A stretch of 64,000 nucleotides of DNA, taken from positions 1,238,255 through 1,302,254 of the forward strand of contig JAAOMT010000703.1 of NCBI GenBank assembly GCA_016748015.1, written 5' to 3'. The stretch is from Geosiphon pyriformis uo1 (taxonomy: Eukaryota > Fungi > Glomeromycota). The notes beneath the pieces are model-generated. The model ran no database searches, was not told the origin of the DNA, and saw nothing but the letters and a program-made list of their open reading frames with translations. A program made the position numbers and the translations under genes. Below, piece by piece: positions 1 to 14,499 of the stretch (within the stretch, counting starts at the first letter, position 1; each line of letters begins with the position of its first letter).

Positions 1-502
1 ATTTTTTTTAACGGATCGATCATAGAACCCAGTTTATATTTTGATTAATAATAAAAATATTGAATTAAAACTGTTTCAATTTCAATTTAACACCTGAGAG
101 TGTTAAAAGTTTTGATTTCATTGAGTAAATAGGATACTTTTGTTGTTTCATTTTAAAAGTATTTATATTTAGAGAACATTTATTAATATTTTATTTTTTA
201 TTATGTTATATTTTATATATAATAAAATTTTTTATTTATTTTATTAAAAAATATTGTATATCAATCAATAAAAAAAATTTTTTTTTTAATTTTGTTTAAT
301 AAACAGAATTATTTGATTAAAATTACTTTTGAAAATTTTTTTTTAAAATAAAACATAAAAATGTGTATTATTTTCAAGTTATCAAATTTTAATAATAATT
401 AAAGATTTTAAAAAATGCAAATTATTTTTAAATATAAATGATAAAAAAAATTTAATTCTTGTTTAAAAATAGAATTTTTTGAAGATTTTTGTTTATAAAT
501 AA

Positions 503-600
503 TAAATGATGTATATGATGTAAATGATGTAAATGATTTAAATGATGTACATAGTTTAAATAATAAATGATATAAATGATGTAAATAGTATAAATAATGT
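503..600. repeat. Degenerate 9-bp tandem repeat (TAAATGATG)n
   Basis: About 10 imperfect units such as taaatgatg, tatatgatg and taaatgatt. Confidence 0.7.
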
Positions 601-1780
601 ATTATATCTAGGAAAAGCTAAATAATTAGTTAATTCTGCTTTGGGGAGGGAGGGAGAGGGGGGTTCCATTAGTTCTATTATCGATGAGGCTACACTAATA
701 ATAGCATAAAAGCAAAACATAGACAACGTTGGGACTGGTTGATTGAAACATATTGATTATAATATATATTTATGTTATGATACTTGCTTTATATAATTCA
801 AAGACAATGCTTTAACATATTATAATTTTTCTATTGTCTAACATTTTTAGTATAAACCCGGTACTGTGTTTAAAAGAATAAATTGAAAGCAATAGTTATA
901 AAAAGAATTCTTCGAAAAAGAATATTGTAGGCTATAGTAAGAAACCAAGGAATTCTAAAAAAGTGTAAATAGTACTAATAAAAGGTACATTTGATTATCG
1001 GCATTTCATTCTAAACGAATGAGGAATTTCAATTTTTTTCAAGTATATATTTAACTTAACATTTTTATCTTCTGACTCTGAAGTGGTTAAAAAAGAAGTG
1101 AAATAGATATGTTTCTTTTAAAAAAATATAATACTTTTATCTAATTGGTCTTAAATATTTTTTATATTATTCATCCTTTAAGAATTATATTAAGCAATCT
1201 ATGAATTTTTGCTGACTAAGCCACATGACCTTAGTTCATATCATCCCCTTTTTTAGTAAAATAATCTCCGAATATTATTTTTCAGCTTTGTAAGACAAAC
1301 ATTTCAAAAAGTAACAATATTTTATCCTTGTTGGGTCAATTTAATAACTTCATCTGAAAAAATTAGCCCCCATTAAATGTTATTGAAGAAATTGATAACA
1401 AAAAAATTCCATAGAGAACTTATAAGAGGTAAACGAGGGTAAATCGTTAAACCCATTTTAATGGATATTAAAGAATGTTAACTTTTTAAGGACTTTAAAA
1501 GAATTTGAATGACTTTTTCTTTCATTTCCAATTTTAAAAATGAGAAATATTCAAATTTTGGCAAAAAATTCTCTGATCTAATAAAAATACTGTAAAATTT
1601 CAAATTTTTGTAATTTAGTATTTTTTTTTTTAAAAATTAAGAAAAAAGTAAAAAGAAAACTTCGTATGGTAAAAGATTAATAAAAGAAAATTTTTTTATT
1701 TTTTCTTCAATTTTTAATCTTTCAAAAAAAAAGTTGTAAAATGGGCTATAAAAAAATAATATGGAAATGTTTCTTCATCA

Positions 1781-2051
1781 TCAAATTATAGAAGAAACTA
1801 GATTTAAAAAATTCAAATTTTGAGATTGTATCTGATCTATATAAGAATAATTCGGGTATTCACAATTATAATCATAATTATTATAAAAGGAATGAATATC
1901 TATTATATCGTACTGATTATAAATTATTATTGGAGGTTTTTCAACTGAGGTGGTCAAGTTTTTCCCTTTTTCTTCTATTGATTCGATATTCGGGAAAATT
2001 TGGGGAGAAAAATTTGAATATGAAATTCCTGAAAATTCATTAAGAGATGGT

Positions 2052-2082
<31 letters not shown>

Positions 2083-2770
2083 CAGCTGGGGTGAATACAT
2101 TAAAAGATGAATTATCGATTGATGAAGAAGATTTATTAGAAAATAGAAAATTTTCATGCTCAAATTGGTTGTTAATTGGTTGCGTTAATAATATTGGATT
2201 CGAACTAAATTTCAATGTTTCTTTTTCACAAAGTTCACTTTCAAAATTTTTCGACAATGTTAAAATTTGATTTCGTTTTAATCCTGATTTGTCTTGTTTT
2301 TTCTGATTGTTCTTTAAGCTACGACTTTCTTTTACACCTTTGTTTGAACTTATATTCTGACTATTTATGTTTCTCAACTCTTTGGCAATTCTTTTATATT
2401 CTTCTTTAACATAAACAGGTTCTAATCGCCATGATTGTGATGCCATAGTCGAAATGACAGTCATCGGGAGTTTGTAACCTTCCATCTTTGCAGCTTTAAC
2501 AAAGGCTCTTCGATATAGAATGAAAGCATTTGAAGTTTTTGTTGGTATTTTACCGGTTGTTAAATTTTTTTTTGAGGTTGAATTTAAATCTTCTAAACTA
2601 AAATTTGGTGGAAATGGAAGATTAAAGAAAGGTTTTGTAACAGAAGACAAGAGTTGACTCGGATTTTCTGGGCTCGTATTACTTATGAATATGTAAGGTT
2701 TAGATGAAGGAGAATTTAGTCTCATTTGAGAGCATTCAAAGTGATTTTTTTGATTATTTGTTTTGGTCAT
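1781..2770 (-). CDS. MATA-type HMG-box transcription factor (HMG-1), intronless, 329 aa
   Basis: LPFPP motif followed by an HMG box (KIPTKTSNAFILYRRAF...MTVISTMASQSWRLEPVYVKEEYKRIAKE), typical of the expanded Glomeromycotina MATA_HMG family. Low-complexity S/T/N-rich tail. Confidence 0.93.
2052..2082. repeat. (GTA)n microsatellite encoding poly-Thr in HMG-1
   Basis: About 10 GTA units, read as the poly-Thr run on the minus strand. Confidence 0.95.
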
Positions 2771-4294
2771 ATTAAAAATATTTGACGAATAAAAATTATC
2801 AAACTTTTTTAAATTTTTTAAAAGTTGTTGTTACTAAAAAGTCTTTATAAAAAATTCAAAGCTTTTTCAGAAAAATTTGGAATCTTTTTATATTAAATTT
2901 TATAGTTAATTTTTATTACTTGTACCAAGTTAATTATAGTTACTCAATAAAAGATTATTATTCAAGAAATCTAATTACTAAATCAGGTACATTCCTTTTT
3001 CTTGGCTTTTCTACAAGGAAGTGTTTTTATCCATGATCAATTTTTTACTTTTGATAAAAACTTTCGGAAATATTTCATTCCGATAAAAAGCCACCGAAAA
3101 AAATTGTTCAATACATTCGAATGTGATGACTTTTAATAAGTATTTCATCCACTCGGTGATAAAATAGCTAATGAGATTTTCTCTTTGTTCTTTAGAAAAA
3201 AAAAAAAAAAAATTTTTTTTATTACTTGTAGATTTCACAGTCAAAGGAAAATTCTTTATTAGAAGATTTTTTTTTGTTTAAAATTATTAAGAGTTTAATT
3301 AAACTTTATCTAAGACTTTCTTGGCATCCTAAATAGATTAAATAGATACTAGATTAGAAAATTTTATGTAATCTACATTCAAAAAAAAAATAGTCTGTAG
3401 CACCAAATTACTATTTTTTAACTAATATTATTATTATTAATGGTTTCAAAGTAAACCAATACGGAACTCAAAATAGTTAAAAATAATGTTTTTTCGTACA
3501 TTTTGAAACGAAATTTCAATGTAAAAGCTTTAAAAATGATAAAAAAAATTTTTTTTCTATTTTAATACAGATTAACCAAAACAAATATTAAAATTCTAAG
3601 TTTTTATAACTTATAATAATTATAAAAAAATATTTTAAAATTAAAAAATTTTTTAATTTTAAAATATTTTTTATTTATTTTACAATTCATAAATTATATA
3701 AAGTTTGAAAATTTTATATTCAATTGTTATATGACAATAAGCCTTTTGAATATAAATATCTATCGTGTATCGATGCATTTGATCTTTGTAATACAAATCG
3801 GAATTTAAATTCCTTAATAATGCCCAATTCTCGGATCTAAAAATAGCCCAATAGTAGATCCTTTTTTTATAGATAAAAAAAGTTAAATATAAAGTGGCAC
3901 AGTTTTTTAGTAAAAACCTACTCTCATCTGGGCGCCCCGTGAAAATTTGATAATAGCCAAGCAAAATTCCAAATGGACAAAAAAATTAATCTAGAATTTT
4001 TCTTTGGAAATGAATTTTTTTGAGATCAATAATTTCTAAAAATGTTTTAATCTAGAATATTTTTACATTACGAAGAAAGATATTTAAAGAAAATATTTAT
4101 TATATATATCTATATATCTATATTTAAAACTTTGCACCAAATTTTTTTTCAATTCTAATTCACAAAATATTTCAATTACAAAAAAGGGGGGGGGGGGGGG
4201 AAGGAAGGGGAGAGGAGGGGAATTTACATTTTAAAAATTTTTTTAACTCTTAAGAATTTTAATTAAAATTGATTCGAGAAGGTAATTTGTTTTC

Positions 4295-4330
<36 letters not shown>

Positions 4331-5687
4331 GAGCTTAAGGAGTATTAGTTCAAATTATAAATTTTAATATTAATTTCAGATTTTTTTGATTCAAAATTTT
4401 ATAAAATATATAAAATTAACTTTTAAGAATTTTTAACATGATAAGATTTACTTAAAATAAAAAATAAATATATAGCTTACTATTAGTTACAATAATTTCT
4501 AGTTTCTTTTCTTGACTTATACTCAAAAATAAATTAGCCTACAAAATAAATATAGTTTTCAAGTTTTATTCAATAAAAATATATTAATGATTTATATTCC
4601 CATTAAAAATTCTTATTTAATAATTTTATTGTCTTTGAAAAATTTATTAGAAAAAGGTTATTTTAAAACTGTTTAATCGATTTTCAGTTGGTTAAACTCT
4701 CTTTACTGCTTGAGCTCAAATCTGAATTAAAAAAACTATCTTTGAAAAAGAATTAATAAATAACTTAATTAAATTTCTTTACATAAAGCCGTGAGAGTTT
4801 CCATTTTTAAATATAAAATGAAACACTAATTGTGGATAATTTATCAAAAGATAATGAAGATATGAAAGTTTTTTGTCATTTGAGAAATTTGCGGCTTCAC
4901 CTATAGCTGTTTAAGTCTTGAGAAATTTATATATCTGTATATCGGTATATCGATCTGTAATATTCTTCCATGCGCTCAAAATGGTAATATCAATATGACA
5001 AAGATAATATCTCAATAGTATTTAATCTCGATTCACAATTTCAATTCCAAGATATGAAATTTCATATATGTATATATATATGTATAATTAAAATTTCCAA
5101 TCAAGCTATAAAAGAGAAACAGGATTCGAGTTTAGAAAAATATTAAATGCCAAGAGATTTTTAAGAGTTAATGTACACACAATATAAAATCTATGATATT
5201 TAGAGTTGGGGCAAAAAGAAAACCATGAAAACTTTCATGCGGAATGACATCAAACTGAATGGAAAATATAAATTAGAAAGAACTTATTTTTAAATATATT
5301 TATAATTTTTTCGAATATTTGAATTTTGAATAAATAAATAAATAAATAATCGAATTACTTTAGACTTTTTCATATGACGGCATTTAATGTCGTTTAGAAA
5401 CAAAGGGAAAATCAATTTTTTCCAATTTAATAAACTCGGGATGGCTGATTGCTTTAAAAATCTCGATCTCTTCTATACTTGATTCATGTAAAGGAAAAAG
5501 ATTTTCGATACAGACTTACCAATTAATAATGCGATGTGAAAAAGAGGGAATTTTTAATTAATTTTTATTTATTTTGAACTCCGGATCTTTTTCAATTTTA
5601 AGCAGATTTAAGAATTTTTCCTGGCTGATCTTTTAAAAGTCAAAAAATTCTAGAAATGGATTGTGATTTGAGTTAACCTTCTCAATA

Positions 5688-5688
<1 letters not shown>

Positions 5689-5718
<30 letters not shown>
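5689..5718. repeat. (AATC)n microsatellite
   Basis: About 7 perfect AATC units. Confidence 0.9.
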
Positions 5719-6119
5719 TCTTTAATAAATTAAAATATCAAAAAGCCATAGAAAAGCATGGAAAAATTAAAGATGAAATATTTAAATCTTTTTGCTTTTT
5801 GCTTTTAAAAACTGAAAATTTTTAAACTAAATTTTCAATAAAATTTTCTTTAATAGGGAAGGTATTTTTTAACATTGGTTAAAACTTTTGTCGTCTCTTC
5901 TTTCTCTACTTGCTTTACATATTAATTATCACGAGCTGAAAATTTTGTTATTCTAGTTATACTTTATAAATCTTTAAATGAATCTAAGACATATTTAAAT
6001 AAATTTGGGCGTTCTTTTTGGCAGAGAATGTTCTTTTGATCTTGGCACTTGTACAATAAAGATGGCGTTAACAGTGGACCGGAGTTTAAATTCCATTAAT
6101 CATAGATATGATATTGAAT

Positions 6120-6120
<1 letters not shown>

Positions 6121-6189
<69 letters not shown>
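6121..6189. repeat. (TAT)n microsatellite
   Basis: More than 20 perfect TAT units. Confidence 0.95.
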
Positions 6190-6190
<1 letters not shown>

Positions 6191-6846
6191 CTGCACTTCA
6201 ATGATAAAAGAGTAGAATCTCCTTTTTTTGATGTGCAATATTGAATTGCCTTTTTGTATGATCGGGGGTTTTAAAGATTGTTCGAATATGAATATATATT
6301 TATATGTTTGTTTATTTTTGAAAATTAAATGTTCAAAGCTTGCTAAAAAAAATCCCTAGAAATGGGAATAAATTTCTCTTACTTGTTTTAGATAGACTAA
6401 TTTTTATTTCATATTAAGTGAAATCGAAAAAATTTACTTTATCTCCAACTTCTCTAACTAGGTCTAAAGTATCTTCATTTAAGTATGCTTATTTTTTAAA
6501 TTCCTTATTATATGAATTTGAATTAAAATGTAGAGAAGATATTAATTTTTACGTAATTGTATTACTATTCATGCACTAAACCCCAAAAAAACTATAGGCA
6601 TTGATAAAATATGTGTTCAAATCTATGTTTATTCCATATAGAACTTTCTTTACGAATCTTTTTAAATTTAAAGAAGTTTCTGAGTTACACGTAGGAATCT
6701 TTCAAAGATCTTTTTAAGAATATAGATTGATAAAAATTTGGGGGATAAGGGGGTAAGGAGTTAGTAGAAAAATTTTTTTTTATAAAAACCTGAGGTATGT
6801 CCATTTTTCAAATTTTTTAATCATTACTTTTAAAATTTGACTAATT

Positions 6847-7683
6847 ATGAAAAGCCTTCAAGAATCCCTTATTGACTCATCATCGTCATCACAATCATAT
6901 ATATTCATAAATAGTACAAACCCAAAAAGTCCAATAAAACTCTCACCTTCTCCTGTAACTAAACCTTTTTTTGATTTACCTTTTCCTCCGGAAATCAATT
7001 CAGAAAATTTAAGTTCAATCCCGAGAAAACGTTCAGTAACCGGTAAAATACCAACGAAAGCTCCAAATTCTTTTATTCTATATCGAAGAGCTATTGTTAA
7101 AGTTGCAAAGACCAAGGGTTATAATATTCCAATGACTGTTATTTCAACGATGGCTTCCCAGGCATGGAAACTTGAGCCTGAATATGTAAAGGCAGAGTAT
7201 AAAAAAATTGCAAAAGAATTGAAAAAGAAAATTAACGAAATTAACGACCCAAACAAAAGAAAAATAAAGGAAAAGTACAAAAAGCAGAAAAAATTAGTGA
7301 TAAAGAAATTGGATAAAACTTTAGAATTGAAAAATTCTCAAGAGCTAATTTTAGGAAACCAATTATTAAATATACATTCAACTCCAATCTGTTATGGAGA
7401 ATTTAATAGGCCAATCAATAATTTTAATTATCAAGATTGGCATTTTTTCAATAATATTTCATCTTTTCCTATGCTTAACTCACCTATCACACCTGTAGAG
7501 TTATCTTATTTCAATGAAAGTTTAGAATTTAAAAATATTAAATTAGGAAAAGATTTTGAAAAAGATTTTACAACTTCAATTCAACCATCTTCTCCTATGA
7601 TACAACCTAACTGTTATGATATCAGCGGAATAAATTCAAACATTTATTTTTACTCTGAAAATGATAATAATATATTTTTTTAA
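6847..7683 (+). CDS. MATA-type HMG-box transcription factor (HMG-2), intronless, 278 aa
   Basis: PFFDLPFPP...KIPTKAPNSFILYRRAIVKVAK...MTVISTMASQAWKLEPEYVKAEYKKIAKE. Close paralog of HMG-1 in divergent orientation. Confidence 0.93.
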   Translation: MKSLQESLIDSSSSSQSYIFINSTNPKSPIKLSPSPVTKPFFDLPFPPEINSENLSSIPRKRSVTGKIPTKAPNSFILYRRAIVKVAKTKGYNIPMTVISTMASQAWKLEPEYVKAEYKKIAKELKKKINEINDPNKRKIKEKYKKQKKLVIKKLDKTLELKNSQELILGNQLLNIHSTPICYGEFNRPINNFNYQDWHFFNNISSFPMLNSPITPVELSYFNESLEFKNIKLGKDFEKDFTTSIQPSSPMIQPNCYDISGINSNIYFYSENDNNIFF

Positions 7684-10600
7684 AAATTTTAGGTTAAATA
7701 TTTATAGCATTCTTAACTTTTAGTTACTATAATAATATATTTTTCCTAAGATTAATATTCTGTAAATATATTTTTGTCAAATATTTCCTTTTTATTACTA
7801 GTATTCAAAAAAGAGTTTCAATTAAATTTTATAATAAAAATAAATTATAATATCTTATAGTTCAAAAAATTTAATAAATTATTTTAGGAAATAAAGTTTC
7901 CAATATTTAATTAATAAGCATAACCATTGTTTTCAAATAATCATTTAAAAATGTACTATTCTTTTTTTTTATTTTTATTTTTTCATGACTACGTACTGAG
8001 AAAAAGATGGTAACTGGATACCTGTTTTCAACTAAATTTGATTAAAAAAAAATTTTTTTTTGCGAAACCTTTAATAATACCATATATATATATATATGTG
8101 GTTGGTACATTGATTATAGAATATTGGTAAATTGTTTCTTAAATATATGCATGTATGTTGTACAATAATTTTAGAAGAAACCGTAATTAATACAGTTCGG
8201 AATACCGGGTAAAATCTCCATGCGATATGATGTTTATCTTCTTTTTTAGGGTCCGGGAATGAATATTCCCTCTAAAAAACCCCCCCCCCCCCCCATTAAT
8301 CATTCCCTAATAGCCTACGGTGACAATTGTAACCGAAAAAAAAATGTTATCAATTGTAATAGAAATTTTGGTAACATGAATAATACAGAATTCTTTGAAT
8401 GAATCATTTAAAAAATGAACCATAATATATATATATATATACTCAAGTATTATTAAAAAAAATGAAATTCTCGATAAAATTTGTACAAAATTTTCAATCG
8501 ATTGCCAAATTTCAATATAATTTCAACCTTATTTTTAAAAATCTGATAAAAACCATATATTAAAAAAAAAATTAAAAATGTTTCACGAAAAAGGGATCTA
8601 AATCAAGTGATAGGAATGCTCATTTGAAAACTCCGGAATAAATGATAATTGTACGTACAATTTTTAAAAAAATGACAAATCATTTGTGAAACCAGTGATT
8701 TTTTTATTTTAGAATTTTCTGAACATTTTTTAAAAATAATGTCTCGAGATATATACATAATTTAAAAAGATTTTGGTTACTAAACACCATGCACCAATTT
8801 TAATGTCATAAAAATTTAAAAATCTTTCTTTTTTTACCTATAAAATACTAAATTGTTTGAAAAAGTTTATTATTACTAATATATTAAAGGAATGTTCTCA
8901 AATGAAAAATTCTCAATATCTTAAATAATTACAAATAATTTAAAAATATTTTTCTATGTTTAAAATCAAATTTATTTTTTTCACAAAATTTTAATTACTT
9001 TTATATTTTATTAATAAAAATTTTGACAACTCAAGTAAATTTATTATTATTTATTTTATAATATATATATACATGTTCGAAAATAAATGTTGAATCCCCA
9101 ATTTCTAAATTACATTAAAACATTAATATCTATATTACTAGCATATTTTTTAGTTTTATAGATTTTAATAGCTTTTGAAAATTTACAAAAAAATTTTCTT
9201 CATATCATACTAATAAACAAAACCACCATTAAAATCCACAAAAGTTTTAATTATTATTCAAATTAATATAATCAATAAAACATAAATATGTTTTAAATTT
9301 GGAAAAAACTGTTCAATTATTCTTTCAAAAATAGTATATACAAATTATTAAATAAATAATAATAATTCTTTTTATATAATCAAAAATTAATTAATTTAAA
9401 ACAGAATTTGAGTAAAAAATATTATAAATTTTTAAAATTTATCTAAGAAGCGTTTTATAAAATTAATTTAATAAATTACTAAAAATAAATCAAGTGGGTT
9501 TTTTTTTTTAAATTAGTTTATTACAAAGTTTTATTATTTTAATTTTATATATAATAAAAAACAAATTAAAATTTATAATTAAAGACAATTTTATTCGGAA
9601 AACTATAAAATTTTAATAATATTAAAAAAAAATTTAAGTGAATTGTGCCTTTTTAAAAGTTAAAGTTTTTATTAAAAAAAATAAAATAATTTTATTATAA
9701 TTATATAATTAATTATAATAAAAACTGAGGTTTTTTTTTTGACTAAAAACAAGTTTATTATAAAATTCATAAAATAAATTTTTTAAAATAAACAAAAATT
9801 AGCATAAAAACCAAAAAAAAATAATGACATATAATCTTAAACTATTTATATACTTAAATATAATTTTAATTTCTTGAGCATAAACATTAATAATTTACAA
9901 ATTTTTAAAATATTCTTAAAAGTTTTAAATCTAATTATAAAAATAGCAACAATCTTAAAAATTTTAATCTAAAAAATATGGATTATAGGTTATAATTCTG
10001 TGAGATAATACAACCAAAAAATGACAAAAATCAATGTTAAAAACATTTACAAATTTTATTGAATTAATTAGTAAATCAAAATTTAAAATAATTTATGATC
10101 GATGGATCGATATAGAAATCACATGATTAACATGGAATTTTGCTGCAATAATTTTAATATTAGTAATTAAAAACTAAAAATAACTATTATAATATCAATA
10201 TAATGTTAAAAAATATTATAAGTCTTACTATTATGCATTGCCAATTCAATAAACTATTTATAATACTTGTGTAACATTTAAGTTAAATAATATAATAATA
10301 TTTATATTATTTTTTATAAATTATTAATAATTAATAATAAATTTAAATAATAAAAAATTATTAAATAAATACAAATTGAATTGTAGTTTAGAAAAAACAG
10401 TATTGCAAGAAAACAATTTTTAATTACTTGGTTTTTTTTGGAATATTTTAAATTTTAATAAAATTATTATCAATTTTACAAAATTTATTTTATATACAAA
10501 AACCTATTTATTTTAAAGTTTTTATCTTTTTTTATCTGAATATTATATTTGTGTCATACTTATATAACTTATTGTACCACTACAATATAAAATTTTTATT

Positions 10601-10880
10601 TAAAGTTAATTAATTCACATTTTTTAAATTAAACATATAACTTATAATATTATAAATATTTATTGTGTTTTTTTGGTTATTAGAATAAAATTGAGATAAA
10701 AAACAATAAATTAATTCAAAAAATTTTTCATTAAATGTTATGCTAATATATGATTAATAAAATAAAAAATATTTTTGTCAAATATTATATTAAAAATTAA
10801 CCAAATCCAACATTTTAAGATTATTTATTTTTATGTAAAGGAATTTTTAATAACATGAAACTACATCTTATTTGGGACAA

Positions 10881-12311
10881 TTAGTTTAAATAAAATGCAG
10901 GATTTATTCCGGTACAGTTTCCGAAAGTAATACCAAAGTAAGGTCCTTGGTTTACTTGAGAAATATTATATTCTTCTGATCCAATTGATCCTAGGTTGCA
11001 TTCCTAACAATTTTAAGTAGAATATTACAATTAAATTTTAAAAAAACATAAAGGTCTATATAAATTACCTGATTTTCATCAATTTCCTCCAAATTTTTTT
11101 GAACGCATTTAAAAATTTTATGTCCTTTATGAGATGAGAAACAGTCACAATCATCAAGCCAAAATTCTGTCTCATGGTGTAAAAATTGTCCCTTTGGCAA
11201 AAACTCCCTGGGAAGCCAGTCATTCGAATGAGTTACTCGAAAAATATTTTTATTATTGAATTTTCTTGCGATCGAATTTACAAAATTCAAATTTCCTACT
11301 CGGGGTGCACCAAACGTGATAATACCGATGCGTGAGGCTTTTAAGCGACCATCTGGTATTATAGTTCCACCGAGCATTGCTTCATGAACAAAGAAAGCAG
11401 CCAGCACCGCATATGCTTTGAAAAAAAATTGAATACATTTTTCGTTACAAAAAGATAGAAATTTACTTGAAAATTTTTTTTTACCTCCCCCAACTCCATG
11501 TCCAACAAAATAAAGTTTAGTAGTCGATAGTTGAGATTTTTCACGGATCTTTTCGTTAAGCTCGCCAATCAATGCCGGCATCATTTGTTTTGTGTGCTCC
11601 AACCATACAGTATCGACCAATATTTTTTCATCAACTTCTATTGAACTGACATTAAATTGTCTACCAAGCCATTCATTCTTGCTTAGTCTTGGTCCTTTAA
11701 AGTAAACAAAAAGTGCTTTTGAGTCATTTGGTCTTTCCCATATGTTAGCTAGGAAATTTAGAAAAACAAGCAAAAAAATAATGTTTTTCTATTAGTTGAA
11801 TTAAAAAAAAAATCAAAAAATTTTGTGGCCCAAGATTTACCTATAATATCCTTCCTTTTTGTAGCATTTCCAATTTTATTTCGAGGAAGACAATAAGCAA
11901 AATTTGCAACCCGAGCCATACGCTTTAAAAATGATATTACAGACCCATCAAAATATGGAGTCTTGCCGTTTTTATATTTAGGACTTCGTTTAAAATGAAG
12001 GTTTCTTTGTTTTATTAAAGTTTTGTTTTTTTCAAGAGATTTTATCGCCCAAATTTTTTTTTCATGTAACACGTCTTATAATATATGATAGAAAGTTTGT
12101 ATTTAGACATTTGATATTAATTTAAATAGCTTTTTTCTTGTTTAGCATTACCTTGAAAAAGACTTTTACTCATCAGTTTTTTGATGTCTAAAAAAAAATT
12201 ACTTGAATTCGAGAAAATAACACAAAGAGAATTTAAATAATTCCGTAAAAATATTAAGAAAATTACTAAAAAAAAAAAGAAATGAATATTTTTTTTTCTA
12301 TAAATTTTCAT
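10881..12311 (-). CDS. Secreted class 3 lipase-fold protein, predicted catalytically inactive (pseudo-lipase L1), 5 exons
   Basis: ATG 12311 with a hydrophobic N-terminus. GT-AG introns (intron 1 12151-12075) join the ORF fragments in frame. Motifs AYC, YFKGP, VGHGVGG|AYA, ITFGAPRVGN, RVTHSNDWLP, HHETEFW. Last exon ECNLG...NQGPYFG...stop 10881. Confidence 0.88.
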
Positions 12312-14083
12312 TTTTTCAGGGTTCACAGGTTAAGAAAGAAGTTACTTTGAGTGTGTTAAATATATTAATCAAAGCAAAAATGCAAGATTTTATGGTTCTA
12401 AAGTGTATTTATCCTTCGAAAAAAAAAATTTTGCTTAATTGCCTTTTAAGGAGAATAAATTTTTCATTGATCTGTAAGTTAAAATGCAATAAAATTATAA
12501 GGGGCCGTATTTATATTTTTGATAGATAAGGGTTTTATCGTAGAATAGATACACCTAATCAGAGATCATCACTTAAGTAATTGAAAAACTTGAATCAAAT
12601 CAATTATCGAATCAGATAGTGATGAAATTAACTCAAAATCTCAATTCAATAATTATCCCCCTAGATAAATTGAATAAGAAAAAAAAATTTGTAATCTTAT
12701 TTATATTTTGTTTTGTTTTCTCAAATAACCAAATGATATTTTTTCATGCATCCGATTCAATATAATCATACCTTTTCAAATCTTTTTCAACATTGATTTG
12801 GTCTAATTCGTAGAAATTAAAATAAGCGTTAAATAATGGAAAAATAAGACATGACCAAATTTTAATTTGTATTCAAGCCAATAAATTAAACAAAAATGTT
12901 TGAACGATATTAGAACTTTATCATAGATTAGTTGCATTATTCCTTGTCAGGGAACATAAAAAAATTTTATTGACTGCTAACTTTGGTTTAACAATTTATT
13001 TTCAATTCAAAATTTTTTGAAATTTGTGAAAAATCAAATTTTGAATTTTATCTTTAATTAATGAAATCCGTCAAGTGAGAATTGAGGGAATTTCAATAAT
13101 AAAATGATTGCTCCAATTTTTCATTACCAGAAATCATGAGACCAGATTATTTAATTTCTTAATGATGACTTTTTTACTTTGCAAAATAAAATTTTTAAGG
13201 ATCGTTATACATTCTGAATCGATAAAATCGTTCGGGTTATGTAGACTTCACTTTTTCGATTGATGAGATAAGACATTCGTTAACTTAAAGAGCTTCCGAG
13301 ATCATGATTAAAATTCATTTTTCAATGTATTTTGATTATTTGATAATAAAATTTAAGAAAATGACTTTTTGTTAATAGATTCATTAGTAAAAAATGGTAA
13401 AAATTCTCGATTACTATTTGCCCTTTGCTCTTTCTCTCTATTTCATTATAGATTAATTCATTTTATTACTTGTATGTTAGTATATATTTGAAATAAAGAA
13501 AGCGGTAACCACGCGACTAGATTTCTCTTGTTTATTACCCCCACCCCCACCTTGCTATTATTGAATTTTTGTAAGAAATATTTGATATCAAGAAAATTAT
13601 CAAATTATTAGTGATAATCATTGAAGAGCAAGAAAAAACCGTCGAAAATAGTGGATGATATCAAATTTAATAATTATTGGCAAGCATATAGTACCATCCG
13701 ACAAAATTTATAAAAAAATAAAAAAGATGCACGTAAACGTTCAATATTATTGTTCTCAAATCACATCTCGCAGTACAATTCTTCTGTTGAGAAAGGATAT
13801 CTTGTGTACCGGTCATAATAATTCTTCTTTTTAGAAGAAAATGTAATCAGATCGTTACTTAGTTCAGTATATATATATATATATATATATTTAAAGATAA
13901 TCTGAAATCTGCTGATTTTCTTGTGTCATCATTATCGTGATTGTCAATTCAAACTATTGATCCTAAACTAATCAACTCATTTATAAAGAATTTTATTTAT
14001 TTTTGATTGAGCCAAATAAGAAAATCTTAAAATAATATTATATTTTATTGGATATTAGAAGATTTTGTTTATGAATTATATAG

Positions 14084-14499
14084 GCACAAAAATTTTTTTT
14101 TTCAAAGTGGGCGTTAAACTATTTTAGATTATATATTAACCTTTTGTTTACCCAAAATGGCCTTAGAGCTATCAAAATTGAATTTGCATTTGAACAAGTT
14201 TGTTCTTTGAATATATTTTCTACTCTCTTAACTGAATTTATTTAAAATTTCTCCTTCTAAATTTTTTTCTTTATGTGCAAAAATTATTTTGTCAAAGTTG
14301 GCGTTAAACTATTTTAGATCATATAGTAACCTTTTGTTTACCCAAAATGGCCTTCAGCCTAAAGCAATTTCTATTTAATAGCTATCAGTTTAACTTCAAA
14401 ACTGAATTTGTAATTGAACAAATTTGTTCTTTGAATATATTTTCTACTCTCTTAACTTAATTGATTTAAAATTTCTCTTTCTAAATCATTTTTTCTTTA
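14084..14499 (+). repeat. Tandem duplication (about 190 + 225 bp) of the microprotein promoter
   Basis: 14084-14272 and 14275-14499 share caaagt(g/t)ggcgttaaactattttagat, accttttgtttacccaaaatggcctt and tttgttctttgaatatattttctactctcttaact. Confidence 0.9.

Noticed and set aside
503-600. CRISPR-like or telomeric array
   Set aside because: Short degenerate head-to-tail 9-mers with no spacers, not TTAGGG-like, in eukaryotic context.
6005-6244. 79-aa poly-Ile ORF
   Set aside because: Artefact of the (TAT)n microsatellite.
1781-7683. Mucoralean-type sex locus (sexP/sexM) or AM fungal MAT locus
   Set aside because: No flanking triose-phosphate transporter, RNA helicase or HD1/HD2 homeodomain genes in the window. 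MATA_HMG genes are a large paralog family in these fungi.
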